In this document: one piece after another, positions 1 through 12,100 of the stretch
How the letters are laid out: the number at the start of each line of letters is the position of its first letter
Numbering within the stretch: position 1 is the first letter of the stretch
Origin: Phoronis australis
Lineage: Eukaryota > Animalia > Phoronida
Reading direction: 5' to 3'
Assembly: GCA_002633005.1 (NCBI GenBank)
Contig: NMRA01000078.1
Location: 801,565-865,564, forward strand
Length of the DNA: 64,000 bases
Made by a program: the position numbers and the translations under genes
Notes under the pieces: generated by a model
Databases searched by the model: none
Told to the model about the DNA's origin: nothing
What the model saw: only the letters and a program-made list of their open reading frames with translations

Positions 1-507
1 ATTGTGATGTCCGAAAAATGTAATTTATTATTTTTTGTAATTTGACACCAGGTGCCTGACTGTGTGATCCAGGCACACTAGTTTACCAGGTGGCGAGACT
101 GTCTCATCCACGATTTGGCTCTGAACTCACATAGAACTGCCACGACATTTAGCAATTCTGTTAGAAATAGTTTGGCAGTGACAATTGACAAGGGAAGCAA
201 AAGAATTTGTAAAAAGGAGAAGTAACTTCTTGGTATTGCTGTTGATGTCTGATAATACAATGCGGCATACTTTGTTCATGCAAAAGTACCATGTGGAGAT
301 AATCTGATAATCTAAGTAAAAATACAGGCTAGTGTTGGCTGTCAGAGTAAATGTTTATTTTACATAACTTAGAGAGGGAAGTCATGATCAAGCCATTTGG
401 TGCCACTTTTGTGAATGGTGCATTTGTGGGAGGGTTTACACCTACTACAAACCTGCTTTCTGTCAGTTATAAGGTTTCATTTAGGTCACTAAAGGTCACT
501 AAAGGTC

Positions 508-654
508 ATTGTGGCCTAGTGGGATAAGTGTCGGCTCCTTTACTCAAGGTGGTGGGTTTGAGTCCCACTGGGGCACACTGTTACACCCTTGACTCTGGTC
601 TGCAGCTCCTCAGCTCAGTTTTAACTGTATGTTAATAAAGCATAAAAATGGTTA
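508..654 (+). mobile_element. tRNA-derived SINE
   Basis: A-box TGGCCTAGTGG, B-box-like GGTTTGAGTCC, body CTGCAGCTCCTCAGCTC shared with the 44457-44606 copy. Confidence 0.65.
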
Positions 655-921
655 CATCAGTGCAATGGGCCACCTGAGCGGCCTGCGAACGTCTGGTACA
701 ACGTGTACCAGACCGCCTGCAATTATGTATTTTTTAAATGGTCTCAACTAAATGTTTCTTACTGTAATCGAATGAGAGGTGGTTTCTGGGCTTGGAAAAA
801 TGGACAGTTTGTTACTGCTTGGGACCAGGCTACGTAAATATTTTGTTACCATTCATTCTTCAAACGTAACATTAAAAATAGTTAACAACAATGTTGAGGC
901 AATGAGGTAAATAACTGGCTT

Positions 922-1236
922 GCCAGGGTGGGTCATGTTGGGCATTGTCGGGGTGGGTCATTTTGGGCGTTGTCGGGGTGGGTCATTTTGGACGTTGTCG
1001 GGGTGGGTCATTTTGGGCGTTGTCGGGGTGGGTCATTTTGGGGGTTGTCGGGGTGGCTCATNNNNNNNNNNNNNNNNNNNNNNNNNNNNNNNNNNNNNNN
1101 NNNNNNNNNNNNNNNNNNNNNNNNNNNNNNNNNNNNNNNNNNNNNNNNNNNNNNNNNNNNNNNNNNNNNNNNNNNNNNNNNNGTTGTCAGGGTGGGTCAT
1201 GTTGGGCGTTGTCAGGGTGGGTCATTTTAGGCGTTG
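922..1236 (+). repeat. G-rich 25-bp minisatellite interrupted by an N-gap
   Basis: Unit GTCGGGGTGGGTCATTTTGGGCGTT on both sides of the gap. Confidence 0.95.
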
Positions 1237-2449
1237 GACATGATCTCGAGCAGTACCTTTCAAGCCTGGACACTATTTCTCATCTGAGTGAGGAACAATG
1301 ATGTAGACCCGCTCTATTGTGGTAACAGGTCATGGCGAGGGCTTCTTTGGTGGCATCATGGGTTCATGGCAGCTTTGAGGAAGTTTCATTTGAAACTAGC
1401 AACACTGGATACTCATTCACATACCAACATGTTTATTGGCATACTGTTCTAATATATATCGGAGATTGTTAGGCTCTGGAGATTCTAAAAATTACAAACA
1501 ATGCCGAGTACAATACAAAAGGCTGGCCTGGACTGTCTGAGATCACTCGATAATAATATAGAGAACACGAACAGACAAAAACCTGAGAAAATACATTGTA
1601 AATAAAGGGGACTACTATCAGTAAAATCGAACAAAAATCACTGCTTCAATTGCCCACTTTTCACAAGCTTCGAAGAGAATGTCTGCAATTTTTCGAATAG
1701 CTGTCTGATAGCATCTCCACTAGAGAACTTGACAGTGGTGTACCTTAAACATTGGAAATGCATCGAGCAAGTAGTGCTGCATGAAAATGCAGCAAAATTA
1801 TGCAGGGAAAATTGTCATAATTTTCAAAAGATTTTACGCATTAAAAAAACGTTTTTCAACTTATTCTGTACTGGCATTTCGCCATGAATTCGATGAAGCC
1901 AGACAAATTTTGCGGATTTATTTTTTGGGAACTATGTATCTAGTACATATTTGACACTTCAGCAGAGCTGGAGTAAATTAGGAATAAGTACTGATTGTAA
2001 AAATAAAGAAAATATCAAAAGTTATTTACAATATAACTACTACAACATCCCGGTTACACATCATGTAAAAATCCTACAAAAATACGACAAAATAGTAAAA
2101 CCAGACAAAAAAGTTACAAGGAACCAGTCTTTAAACATGTTGCCAATTTTCCTGGTGACGAACAAATACCAGCAAAGCTGCTTCAACAGAAATCCAAAAA
2201 CCAGATTTTCAGGTTTTTCAGAAAGATAAATAAACCTAGCAGAGTTATTTACACATTTTGCATAATTTACAGCTAGTACACGCCAAAAATAACTTAATTA
2301 AATAATACACAGTCACAAGAGCAGTTAGAATTACGTGTCATTACGTGCCACAATGGGTCATTACTTCTGGTGACCATGTATTGGAATTCTGACAGATCAT
2401 TATTGGGCATGTGTTGTTAGCTGGTGTTCCAATGAATGGCCATTTCGAA

Positions 2450-3182
2450 TTACAACATCCACTCGTCATCACTTCCCTGACCCTGAGGACTAGAAACGGC
2501 CAATTGAAGAGCTCTGTTCCGCTGCAGAAGAGCACTTGACATGACACCGACGACTGCTCGTTGTCGTGATTGTCGCTTTTTGCCGGGTGTGATGGCTGGT
2601 GACCGCTGGTAGTTCGGGGAACTACGCACATCGAAGCACGCAGCTCCTAACGGAGGTGCTCTTGGCTGCGACTGGCTCCGCCTCCTAGGGTCACGTGACC
2701 TATGACCACCGGGAGAGACGCTTCTATTACGGGACTGCTTGTGGGACTCTGGAGTGGGATGCAAGTGAAGCACGACATCCTTGGCTCTTTGGGATTCTCT
2801 GGACAACTCATGCTGAAGATCTATGATCTGACCTGAAAACCGCGCGGTTCCAAATTGCTCGGTCAGATTCCTCTTGGCTGAACCGTCGCCAGCCTGCCGA
2901 GCATTAAAGAGGTTCCTCACGTCCTCTCTACTCGGACTGTTGGCAGCCTTCAAATCGCCACATTTGCTCACGTCGTCCTCGATGGTTGAATGAAGCATGT
3001 TGTTCCGTAACGTTCCCGACAACATTCTGGCCAACTTTTCATCCTCTTTGATTTGTTTCTCCACGGCATTGTTTTCCACTATAGAATCTTCATTGTTGAG
3101 GTAGTCAGGAGGAGGATGCTCAATAGGGGGCATCGGTGTTGAAGATATGACTGGTGGCGTCCTCTGTAATTCTTCTTCAAAC
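2450..3182 (-). CDS. Harmonin-like gene, last coding exon
   Basis: ttaccag|G TTT GAA (FEEELQR...SDDEWML*); phase 2 matches the previous exon. Confidence 0.8.
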
Positions 3183-6100
3183 CTGGTAAGAATTTTAACA
3201 TTAAAAACTTGCAGCCTACTCAACAGATTATTACATTGAACAATAAATATACACCACACAAACACACACACACATGTCCATGCTTCAAAAGTATAGGTAA
3301 ACACAATTCGATTTTTTTAATAGTTTTACTTCAGTTGCTTCAAAAAAGTTATTAGGAATTCCCAAAAGACTGTATTATGGGGCTGCAGGTTTCTCAAAAG
3401 GAAAAAATTTTTGCGACAAATTATCCTATATTGAAAAATCCCAACATTAAGTTAATTACAAACACAATACAGTATCAGTAGTGTCATTGCCCAAGATCCA
3501 CGTGACTTTTCTTGAAAATTGTGGAGTACCAAATAGTTTATTTGAAACACATTTCATTAATTTAAAATCAATTTAAACCTGTATACAAAGAGCATGGAAT
3601 TTGTGAAAATCAGAAAACAACACATCCGGAATCCACATGTTGAACAACAGGACAAAAGCCTGCAACAACAATGGAGTCTAGCAGTCATAATGAACACTTA
3701 CTGCTGGAGGTCCTCAGTTCTCATCCATCTTAATGGAGAGCTAGGAGGTGTTGGTGGCGCCACCTGAGGACGACTGGGGGAACTGTTGTGACGTGCAACT
3801 AGAAAAGAATATCTCCAATGAATGAATAATCAACAAAAATATGATTTGAAATGACTTTTGTTATAATTATCCCTCTGCANNNNNNNNNNNNNNNNNNNNN
3901 NNNNNNNNACGGAGGTGCTCTTGGCTGCGACTGGCTCCGCCTCCTAGGGTCACGTGACCTATGACCACCGGGAGAGACGCTTCTATTACGGGACTGCTTG
4001 TGGGACTCTGGAGTGGGATGCAAGTGAAGCACGACATCCTTGGCTCTCTGGGATTCTCTGGACAACTCATGCTGAAGATCTATGATCTGACCTGAAAACC
4101 GCGCGGTTCCAAATTGCTCAGTCAGATTCCTCTTGGCTGAACCGTCGCCAGCCTGCCGAGCATTAAAGAGGTTCCTCACGTCCTCTCTACTCGGACTGTT
4201 GGCAGCCTTCAAATCGCCACATTTGCTCACGTCGTCTTCGATGGTGGAATGAAGCATGTTGTTCCGTAACGTTCCCGACAACATTCTGGCCAACTTTTCA
4301 TCCTCTTTGATTTGTTTCTCCACGGCATTGTTTTCCACTATAGAATCTTCATTGTTGAGGTAGTCAGGAGGAGGATGCTCAATAGGGGGCATCGGTGTTG
4401 AAGATATGACTGGTGGCGTCCTCTGCAATTCTTCTTCAAACCTGGTAAGAATTTTAACATTGAAAACTTGCAGCCTACTCAACAGATAATTACATTGAAC
4501 AACAAATATACACCACACAAACACACACACATGTCCATGCTTCAAAAGTATAGGTAAACACAATTCGATTTTTTACTAGTTTTACTTCTGACAGTTGCTT
4601 CAAAAAAGTTATTAGGAATTCCCAAAACACTGTATTATGGGGCTGCAGGTTTCTCAAAAGGAAAAAAATTTTGCGACAAATTATCCTATATTGAAAAATC
4701 CCAACATTAAGTTAATTACAAACACAATACAGTATCAGTAGTGTCATTGCCCAAGATCCACATGACTTTTCTTGAAAATTGTGGAGTACCAAATAGTTGA
4801 TTTGAAACACATTTCATTAATTTAAAATCAATTTAAACCTGTATACAAAGAGCATGGAATTTGTGAAAATCAGAAAACAACACAGCCGGAATCCACATGT
4901 TGAACAACAGGACAAAAGCCTGCAACAACAATGGAGTCTAGCAGTCATAATGAACACTTACTGCTGGAGGTCCTCAGTTCTCATCCATCTTAATGGAGAG
5001 CTAGGAGGTGTTGGTGGCGCAACCTGAGGACGACTGGGGGAACTGTTGTGACGTGCAACTAGAAAAGAATATCTCCAATGAATGAACAATCAACAAAAAT
5101 ATGATTTGAAATGACTTTTGTTATAATTATCCCTCTGCAGCTGTGCAGCAGACAGAGGGAACACAACAAATTCATTAAACCATCCATGCACTATAAGTAA
5201 TTATAAGATTCTAAGCAGCTAGTGGGAAACGCCGATTGGAAATAGCAACACCAAAGAGTGAACCGAGTGTTCATCGCAAGAGACAGGAATATTACTAAAG
5301 AGACCGTGTTCAAAGCTTCAAGTAGAATTTATGTCACCGTCAGATATTAGTAAGCAACGTGTACGGCTGCGGGATTCTTTCCATAGGCAGTACAAATTTC
5401 TTTCCAGAACATTTGACCCTGCCATAACATTCACCTTGCCCGTTACAGCCGTTCATAGGAGTAAAAATCTATTAAACGTTAACAAAGAAAAATCTGTCGT
5501 TGTTTTGAAAACAGTGCATACTTGTGACACGCGCCATTTCCTAAAACTTTGTGATATCTCTCGAGAGTTTGTTCTGAAATTGGGTTTTCTGGTATTAAAA
5601 TAGTAAAAACTTGTAACGAAATGAAACCACTTCCGATTGTTATAATCTGTATGCAACCTCGCAGTTAATTGAAGAACATGGAAATTGGCCAATAGGTGAC
5701 GCAATGGCGCCCAAAGAGCACATGGCAACTTTAGCAGCAGAATAAATGAAGAATGCCAATGTTCCAACACCCGGGTAAATAATCTAGTTTACCCAAGGAA
5801 GAGTAAACAATTTTTAATGAGGCATCATTAACGGAGTGACGTCTCCCAGGCCATTGAGCCGACCACCTGACGTCACCAAGGCCCGTACGAATCTAGCCAC
5901 CCTCCCTCCGCGCCAGCGAAAAAACAGCACGCGAAAAAAATATAGACACCTTGAATCCTAATAGGGGGCCGGTGCAATACCTGGGACCAAGGCGGTGCCG
6001 AAACGGGTGCAACGAAGGTCTGTAGTGGAGCGGGGGAGACGGAGTTTGTGCAAACGATGCATTTTATATAATAGATGTTTTGCATGTGCAAAATATATTG

Positions 6101-9100
6101 CCTTCAAAACCCACTGTAATGTGTAAAAACCAGATGAACCCATCTTCCATCCCAAAAACTTTTGATTTAGACCACTTGCCATACCAAAATTGGTCTCAAA
6201 TTGTTCCTTTAAGAAACTGTGAGTGGTGTTGGGGTTTCAAAGCAACTGTCTGTTTCTTATTACTCAAAACCTGGCTCTACAAGTTGGCGTGTTATGGCCG
6301 AGCATTTAATGCACCCAGCCTAGTCTCAACAAATAACGACCTGTCAGATCTTGGCAAACCCAGAAATCACTCCTGAGTAAGGAACATGCGAAAACCACTT
6401 TAATACCAGTAGGTGGTCTATATCAAAAATTTGCGTCTTTGAGACTCTGTAAGTTTATAGCCGCTTTAAATTAATAAAAAAACTCATACGAAACAACACT
6501 AAACACTCCATTAACTTATATCTGTGCTTCACTTCCAAAACACTTTGCTGTTAATTGCGGTGCAGAGCTACAGGTTGGGAAATATTTACTGTTCACTGAC
6601 CAATGCTTGACAACAAAAGCATAATTAGCAAACAGGGTCGAAAAAGTAAAGATGGCTCTGGTCTTTACCGCAACTCATCTTGAGACCTGCGACCGTTGAC
6701 TGAAAAAAGGAAGCCCATACCAGTATCAGCTGTACAAAGGTTCGTGAACAAGGATAAGAAAGTTTGGAAATGCTATGATTTCCCAACCAATGAGTAAAAA
6801 ACACCTACCACATGTTTGCTCGGCTCGGGCAGATTTTCATTTTTTGAAAGACGAGCAACTAAAAATGCACCGCAACACCAAGTTGATATTTAAAACACAG
6901 CGACCAGAACCAATTAATGCTTTTTCGGCCTTATCAATATGACAATACCAGGTCTCCTCTGTCTGCCGGTGGATTGTCCGTCCGCTAAGTGAGCCAACGA
7001 TCTTGCTTTCTGGGATTTTCTTGAAACTGAAAATGTAACGACACCAAGCTCTTCAACATTTGAGTACAGCCAAATCATACCAAATACAGTAAAAGACAAA
7101 AGTAACTGTAATGACAGCTAATTTTGTTGACTAGCATGAACTATTACAGCGGCAAAATTCTATTCTAATAACAGAATGGCTTAGCCTCTTTTCTAACTTC
7201 CCTGTTAATCCCTCTTCATTCTCAACCACGAGGGAAGACTACTACGACAATGAATTTCGCTTTCCCCCAGCGATCATGACAATGAATTCTGGGTCATTTT
7301 GTCTGAATACTTTTATTGTGTACAGTTAGTAGTGTACAAATAATTAAGAAAAAGTCGACAAAAGTTTGAGGAAAACACTATCATCCCATATCTTGTATAC
7401 GAATATTTTAATGGGCATTTCCACAACATTCACAGTCGACATGAGAAAGACATGAAATCTGTAGATTCATGCTGAAGAAGACTTAAAAGTTCTCAAATTT
7501 TCTTCTGTTTCAACAGCAATCAGTTAGAGAGAGAGGGAGGGAGGGAGGGAGGGAGGGACGGAGAGAGAGAGAGAGAGATCACGACCGACATAAGCATGCC
7601 AATCTATGAAGGGTTGGTCAACCCTATCAAAGTTGATGACCTTTGATACCCCCGTTTTACTTTCCAATGTTCTAAATGGTGCGTTTAATGTTGAAAATCA
7701 TTTTCTGTCATGTTATGAACAGATTTGAGACACGTCTTGGACACTGCAGTAGCAATGTCCCTTTAATCCAGTTCACAGTGGCTCACTGAAAAACATGCTC
7801 CAGGATGAACAGGCTTCAAATTAAAAAACTGACCAGAGAATCAAAAAAAAATTTAGTAGCAACCTAATTCAATTAAAGAAAATAAATTTCAAATCTACTC
7901 AGCTTCCTGATGACGTTATAGCGTGCTACCTCACCTGGCTTAATGAGCAGTTCTAGATCAGGCGTAGACGTCGCCAAGGTAACGACTTCCATGTGGGTCA
8001 TACCAGCCACGTCCACTCCGTTCATCTGAAAAGAGTTCGAGAATTATCACGTGATGGTTTATATCAATTTTGTCTGATAAAATCCTTGCTACTTTCAATA
8101 CAGAACGTATGCTTATTTGTTCTCCAGCGCATACACTCAAAGCAATGGATTTCCAAAAAAAAATAATTTTCTTCAGAGATTTGCCCATACACACATACAC
8201 CCAAGCAGTTAGCTCTTGTATGCATGCATGTAAAGACTCATTCCAAGGCCCTTGGTTGAGAGAAAATCTCCCGTCGCAACCCCCCCCCAAACCCACCCCT
8301 CCATCACCACCAGTTCCACCGCCCAGTCACCAAGTCTCATTGGGGCAATGCTTCAAGTAGTAGCCAAAACTAACGTTTTGCAGAAGTGACTGAAATCCTG
8401 AGGAGAACTTTCTTTTCAATCACTGGAGGAGTTTGATGGGGAGACATTATCAAATATTTGCCGTAGGGGAATGAGGAAAATATTCAGCTCCAAAATCGAG
8501 GCATCAAGGGCCCAGGTATTCCTTCAAAAATGCTGTTACTTTAGTTGCTTTGAGCTATACAGATAGTGATTTAATCACTCAATCCTGACTAAAAATTTAA
8601 TTATTTCGCTGAGGTCAAATGAAGATGATTTTCGTCTAGCTTCGGAACAGTAATGCGAAAAAGAACGATTTTTCCCAACAACTTTTAAAAGCAGATATTA
8701 GTGCACACTGAACATCTATCTAAAATTGTTTATAAGCTTTTAACAGTTTAGGTTTTGATAGTTTTGGCAAGAAAACAAACTCACTAGCCAGTTTACAATC
8801 TCTGTAAACACAAAGATTGTCGGACAACCAAATTCAATATTTTAGATGTTATTTGTAAACACAACTAGAGAGGGGCGGAAAATCTTACAAAAAATCCATG
8901 GAATAATGGAAATTCAAAATACAACATTTCTGTTGGTGTCACAAATATTAATGGGGATACTGTTGATTACATTCACCTGTAATATGATGTCTCCTTTCCT
9001 GAGCCCCGCCCTCTGTGCAGGTGACATGGGGTCAACGTTGGAGATGACCACACCCAAGCGATAGTCCACGCCCCTGGAAACACAAAGTAACAATTCTAAC

Positions 9101-12100
9101 ATAAAAATAAACATGTAGGAACACGCCACTGCCTTTCAAACTCTTCAATCCTGTTCAAAGTCGATAGCCAGTTATGCTGCTATGCAATTCAAATTGAATA
9201 ATACAGTAAAATTCTTGACTTATTTTGTACAAAAATAATTTCCAAAATGGCCTTTTCCCAATTTTAAAAGGCCGAGTACCGTTTCTGCAAATAACGTAAT
9301 TTCAGTAAATCTTGTTTTTATCTACACAATATAATGCATGCTTGTAATAGAGACTAAAATCTTCTTAATCTTTTCTTTTGTGGGGAAATTCAACAATTTA
9401 GAATTTCACTTGTCAGACACACTGTGTGCTAAATAAGTGAAAAATTATCATAGATCATGTGATAATATTGGGAGCTGAGAAAACAAATATCGACACAGCA
9501 ATTTCAAAGAGAATGCTCANNNNNNNNNNNNNNNNNNNNNNNNNNNNNNNNNNNNNNNNNNNNNNNNNNNNNNNNNNNNNNNNNNNNNNNNNNNNNNNNN
9601 NNNNNNNNNNNNNNNNNNNNNNNNNNNNNNNNNNNNNNNNNNNNNNNNNNNNNNNNNNNNNNNNNNNNNNNNNNNNNNNNNNNNTTTGGCTGCAGAGCGG
9701 TAGTATTTGTCGCCGCGCTTAACAATAACACGAGCCGCCATTGAAAATCACACCACGCTTTACCCAGGTGCCCCGGCAATGTTGACAATTTACGTTCCTC
9801 CGAAACATAAAGAGGAACTTCCGCTTTCCGAGGTGAACGTCGTCTGCAACGCCGCGGTAAGAAAGGAATTTGCCGCGGAAATTTCATATCAAATCCGATT
9901 TTTTTACGCGGAAATATTATAAAAAAAGCGGAAAGCATATTTCAAAAAAGCGTTTCCGCGGAAAATTCCAAGCCCTGAATGTTCTAAATGGTGCGTTTAA
10001 TGTTGGAAATCATTTTCTGTCACGTTAAGAACAGATTTGAGACACATCTTGGACACTGCAGTAGCAATGTCCCTTTAATCCAGTTCACATTGGCTCACTG
10101 AAAAACATGCTTTTGGACGAACAGGCTTCAAAAGAAAAAACTGACCAGAGTATCAAAAAAAAAATTTAATAGCAACCTAATTCAATTAAAGAAAATAAAT
10201 TTCAAATCTACTCAGCTTCCTGATGACGTTATAGCATGCTAGCTCACCTGGCTTAATGAGCAGTTCTAGATCAGGCGTAGACGTCGCCAAGGTAACGACT
10301 TCCATGTGGGTCAGACCAGCCACGTCCACTCCGTTCATCTGAAAAGAGAGAACAGTTAGTTCGAGAATTATCACGTGATGGTTTATATCAATATTGTCTG
10401 ATAAATTCCTTGCTACTTTCAATACAGAACGTATGCTTATTTGTTCTCCAGCGCTTACATCCAAAGCAATGGATTTCCGAAAAAAAAAAATTTTCTTCAG
10501 AGATTTGCCCATACACACATACACCCAAGCTTCAGTTAAATCTACAGGCAGTTAGCTCTTGTATGCATGCATGTAAAGACTCATTCCAGGGCCCTTGGTT
10601 GAGAGAAAATCTCCCGCCGCCCCCCCCCCCCAAATCCACCCCTCCACCACCACCAGTTCCACTGCCCAGTCACCAAGTCTCATCGGGGCAATGCTTCAAG
10701 TAGTAGCCAAAACTTAACGTTTTGCAGAAGTGACTGAAATCCTGGGGAGAACTTTCTTTTCAATCACTGGAGGAGTTTGATGGGGAAATTTAGAGACGTT
10801 ATCGAATATTTGCCATAGGGGAATGAGGAAAATATTCAGCCCCAAAATCGAGGCATAAAGCGCCCAGGTATTCCTTCAAAAAACGCTGTTACTTTAGTTG
10901 CTTTGAGCTATACAGATAGTGATTTAATCAGACACTCAAACGGGACTAAAAATTTAATTATTTCGCCGAGGTCAAATGAAGATGATTTTCGTCTAGCTTC
11001 GGAACAGTAATGCAAAATAGAACGATTTTCCCCGACAACTTTTAAAAGCAGATATTAGTGCACACTGAACATCTATCTACAATTGTTTATAAGCATTAAA
11101 CAGTTTAGGTTTTGATAGTTTTGGCAAGAAAACAAACTCACTAGCCAGTTTACAATCTTTGTAAATGCAAAGATTATGTCATACAACCAAATTCAATATT
11201 TTAGATGTTATTTGTAATCACAACTAGAGAGGGGCGAAAAATCTTACAAAAAATCCATGGAATAATGGAAATTCAAAATACAACATTTCTGTCGGTGTCA
11301 CAAATATTAATGGGGATACTGTTGATTACATTCACCTGTAATATGATGTCTCCTTTCCTGAGCCCCGCCCTCTGTGCAGGTGACATGGGGTCAACGTTGG
11401 AGATGACAACACCCAAGCGATAGTCCACGCCCCTGGAAACACAAAGTAACAATTCTAACATAAACTGCCTTTCAAACTCTTCAATCATGTTCAAAGTCGA
11501 CAGCTAGCTATGCTGCTATACAATTCAAATTGAATAATACAGTAAAATTCTTGACTTATTTTGTACAAAAATAATTTCCAAAATGGCCTTTTCCCAGACC
11601 GAGTACCGTTTTTCCAAATAACGGAATTTCAGTAAATGTTGTTTTTATCTACACAATATAATGCATGCTTGTAATAGAGACTAAAATCTTCTTAATCTTT
11701 TCTTTTGTGGGGAAATTCAACAATTTAGAATTTCACTTGTCAGACAAATTGTGTGCTAAATAAGTGAAAAATTACCATATATTATGTGATGATATTGGGA
11801 GCTGAGAAAACAAATATCGACACAGCAATTTCAAAGAGAATGCTCATAGCGACCCATTTAATGTTTTGACTAGTCACATTCTGGTGTTTGACTAACTAAA
11901 CACACCCACCCAAGCTTCAGTCAGAGACCTGTTTGACTATATATTCAAGCACTTAGACTGCAATAATATCTCATTTTTCACAAGAACACCAACTGGCAAT
12001 TTTTTATCAGTCTTGAATAACCACATGTATCATTTATTTCAAGAGCCTCCCCCCTTGCATACAGACTTTATATCAAGGGCCCTCACAACAGAATTGAGAG

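Larger units (their letters stand above)
2650..5139. other. Near-identical 1.23-kb blocks either side of a gap (2650-3879 / 3909-5139), probable uncollapsed haplotypes
   Basis: Colinear, only SNPs and small indels, and the junction is an N-run. Confidence 0.75.
7666..11846. other. Near-identical 1.86-kb blocks either side of a gap (7666-9519 / 9978-11846), probable uncollapsed haplotypes
   Basis: Colinear with several indels; the junction is an N-run plus a MITE. Confidence 0.75.

Noticed and set aside
691-713. Perfect 10-bp hairpin GTCTGGTACA-ACG-TGTACCAGAC
   Set aside because: Isolated, with no context supporting a function; probably a transposon remnant
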